Below, piece after piece: positions 61,900-64,000 of a DNA stretch of 64,000 bases. Source of the DNA: Callorhinchus milii (lineage: Eukaryota); contig NW_024704742.1 in assembly GCF_018977255.1 (NCBI RefSeq), positions 76,820,001 to 76,884,000 of the forward strand, given 5' to 3'. The notes below the pieces were generated by a model. The model worked only from the letters and a program-made list of their open reading frames with translations. It was not told the DNA's origin and did no database searches. The translations under genes and the position numbers were made by a program. How positions within the stretch are numbered: the first letter of the stretch is position 1; the number at the start of each line of letters is the position of its first letter.

Positions 61900-62290
61900 G
61901 GGGAAGCTGAAAGAGATCTAGGGGTATTAGTTGACTCATGTCACATGTCAAAATCGTGTGTGGCAGCAATAAAGAAGGCAAACAGGATGCTGGGCTATAG
62001 AGCCTAATCAGTTATATTTGGATTCCCATATGTCATTCTCAGGCTGTACAATGCTTTGGTCAGACTGCACATTGAGTATTGTGTACAGTTGTGGTCACCA
62101 CAATATAAAGGGCTAGCAAGCCCAGAAACTGCGCAGAGGAAAGAGGATGATTCCCGGTGCTAGAGGAATGAGCTATAAACAAGAATTAGACGAGCTAGGG
62201 TCTTCAGTCTGGAGAGAAGTCATCTCAGAGGGGACCTCATAGAGCTATATAAAATTTTAAATTGGATTGATAATATAAACCCAGATCAAT
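61900..62290 (+). mobile_element. Degenerate CR1 ORF2 C-terminal fragment
   Basis: ggtcagactgcacattgagtattgtgtacagttgtggtcacca; agaggggacctcatagag. Confidence 0.75.
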
Positions 62291-62828
62291 ATTTTAGGAT
62301 ACACAGGAAATTGGGTTTCTGGAGGAATGAGATCAAATGAACCGAAGGATCTTCTTACAAACCAATTTTGATACAGAATGCCGTGACTACTAGTCTCTGA
62401 AAAGTAATTTTGGATTGGAGCTGGCAAACCCAAAGCAATAAGGTTATTGAGGCTTCTTTGCAGGAAGCCTGAAAGTCTTTCTCCAGTAGAAGCAAGAGTG
62501 ATGTTAACTGGAGCAAGTTGGAGGCCTGGAATTTCTTTGAGTCTTAGCCTTAGGGCCACTGTCTTAAAATTTAAGGTTGTGCAGAACTTTGGAAAATTCT
62601 TAAAAAGAACAGAGGGAAAACAGTGCCAAATTAAAATGCATGTAATAATTTTCACAAATGTTGCATATTCGTAATTTGTAAGACCATTGTGTTTTGGCTA
62701 AGACAATGAGGGGCTTCGGACCTCAACATCCTTAGTCCATTAAGGTAGGTATTAAAATAGTGGATTGCTGCAGTTGGACTGCTCAGCCTCCTGCTCACTG
62801 CATAGAACTCAGTATTAATGAAGTAAGT

Positions 62829-63151
62829 GGAGTCCTGTAGCTCAGTGGTTAGAGCACTCGCTTTGCAAGTGAGAGACCTGAGTTCAATTCCAGGCAGGGC
62901 GAAACCTTGGGCAAGTTTCCTTACTCCACACACCTAATAATAATCCCTCCAAAAAAACAACAATAATAAATTGGTCATTTTCAATCTACGACTGTTTGTG
63001 GGACATTGCTGTGCGCAATTGGCTGCCGCGTTCGCCCACAAATATACAGTCAATTCACTTTACAGTGTGTTCTGTGAAGCGCTTTGGGACGTCCTCCCGA
63101 CGTGAAAAGCGCTATATCAAATGCAAGGATTATTATTATTATTATTATTAT
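62829..63151 (+). mobile_element. tRNA-derived SINE (family A, short form), best-preserved copy
   Basis: tRNA-like head with A box TAGCTCAGTGG, TTTGCAA loop and B box GTTCAATTC. Body TGTGGGACATTGCTGTGCGCAATTGGCTGCCGCGTT. L2-type stem-loop tail and (TTA)n. Confidence 0.93.
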
Positions 63152-63656
63152 AGTACAATTACAGAGAATTGCATAGAACATTGCAGCACAGAAATGTATC
63201 ATTTCAACCAACTTGTCTGCATGATCGAACTAGTCCATGTTGCCCAACTAGTACCAGATGAGATAACCTGGAATGTTGGAGACTTCTCTCCCTGTAGCAA
63301 CATCTTATACCTTCAAAGGTATTGTTGTGCTGCTGCATTGTATGGCTTTGTAGAGCTGCAGAATCATCATCATCATAATAATTAATAATAATAATCCTTG
63401 CATGTGATATAGTGTCTTTCACATCAGGAGGACATCTCAAAGCACATCACAGGATATCCTGTAAAATGCAGTGATTGTGTATTTTGTAGGTGAATGTCTG
63501 TGTATTTTCAACCTCAGGTCTGTTGATGTGATGGTTTTATTTTGCAGATGAATTGTGTAATCCTGAATTAAACGGGATGGTTCTCAGTCTCCACAGGATG
63601 GGAAGCCACTCTCCTCTTTCCCCCACCCAGACTGCACAGACATAAGAAAATGTAAT

Positions 63657-63972
63657 TAATAATAATAATCCTTGTATCTGATATAGCGCTTTTCACGTCT
63701 TCTAGATGTCCCAAAGCGCTTCACAGAATATACTGTAAAGTGAATTGACTGTATATTTGTGGGTGAACGCGGCAGACAATTGTGCACAGCAGTGTCCCAC
63801 AAACAGTCATGGATTGAAATGATCAATTTTATTATTGTTTTTTTTGGAGGGATTATTATTAGGCTCTGTGTGGAGTAAGGAAACTTGCCCAAGGTTTCGC
63901 CCTCTGCCGGGAATTGAACTCAGGTCTCTCACTTGCAAAGCAAGTGCTCTAACCACTGAGCTACAGGACTTC
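63657..63972 (-). mobile_element. SINE family A, short form
   Basis: Full head, body and tail. Confidence 0.92.
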
Positions 63973-64000
63973 ACTGTATAATTGCCAAAAGTGGGAGAAA

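Noticed and set aside
62829..62905. tRNA-Ala(TGC)-like sequences (also at about 2455-2528, 28440-28512, 44912-44985 and others)
   Set aside because: Each continues into the SINE body, and acceptor-stem pairing is poor. They are SINE heads, not tRNA genes.
51494..64000. Further TTC39B exons (candidate acceptors near 52259, 61499 and 63548)
   Set aside because: None gives an in-phase peptide resembling TTC39B (e.g. ALNLFLSNKF) with a good donor. Exon 3 is poorly conserved and may be present but unrecognised.

Overview
This is eukaryotic, vertebrate genomic DNA. The repeat content points to a cartilaginous fish, probably a holocephalan (chimaera/elephant shark); that is inferred from SINE/LINE families and not proven. 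Two genes lie head-to-head. (1) A complete 9-exon SNAPC3 gene (SNAP50, snRNA-activating complex subunit 3) is on the minus strand, CDS 18113->3902, 1143 nt / 380 aa, with all introns GT-AG. (2) The 5' end of TTC39B is on the plus strand: exon 1 CDS 27410-27451 and a 35-nt exon 2 at 51459-51493. I could not identify later exons in the window. The rest is mostly transposable elements: about 20 copies or fragments of a tRNA-headed SINE with an L2-type tail, an older Deu-domain SINE, many L2 fragments, a near-complete but frameshifted CR1 ORF2 (about 36250-39348), a Tx1/L1-type 3' fragment and Penelope-type hairpin relics. There are also two large G-rich minisatellites flanking TTC39B exon 1 and a C-rich tract in SNAPC3 intron 1. 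Most long ORFs in the supplied track are repeat artefacts. I found no convincing novel protein-coding system. The best leads are non-coding: paired ZNF143/ACTACA sites in the SNAPC3 promoter, a covarying SINE/L2 3' stem-loop, a hammerhead-like core in a Penelope-type element, a 42-bp fold-back at the CR1 5' junction, a minisatellite supplying in-frame Kozak ATGs upstream of TTC39B, and an unclassified bipartite repeat family.
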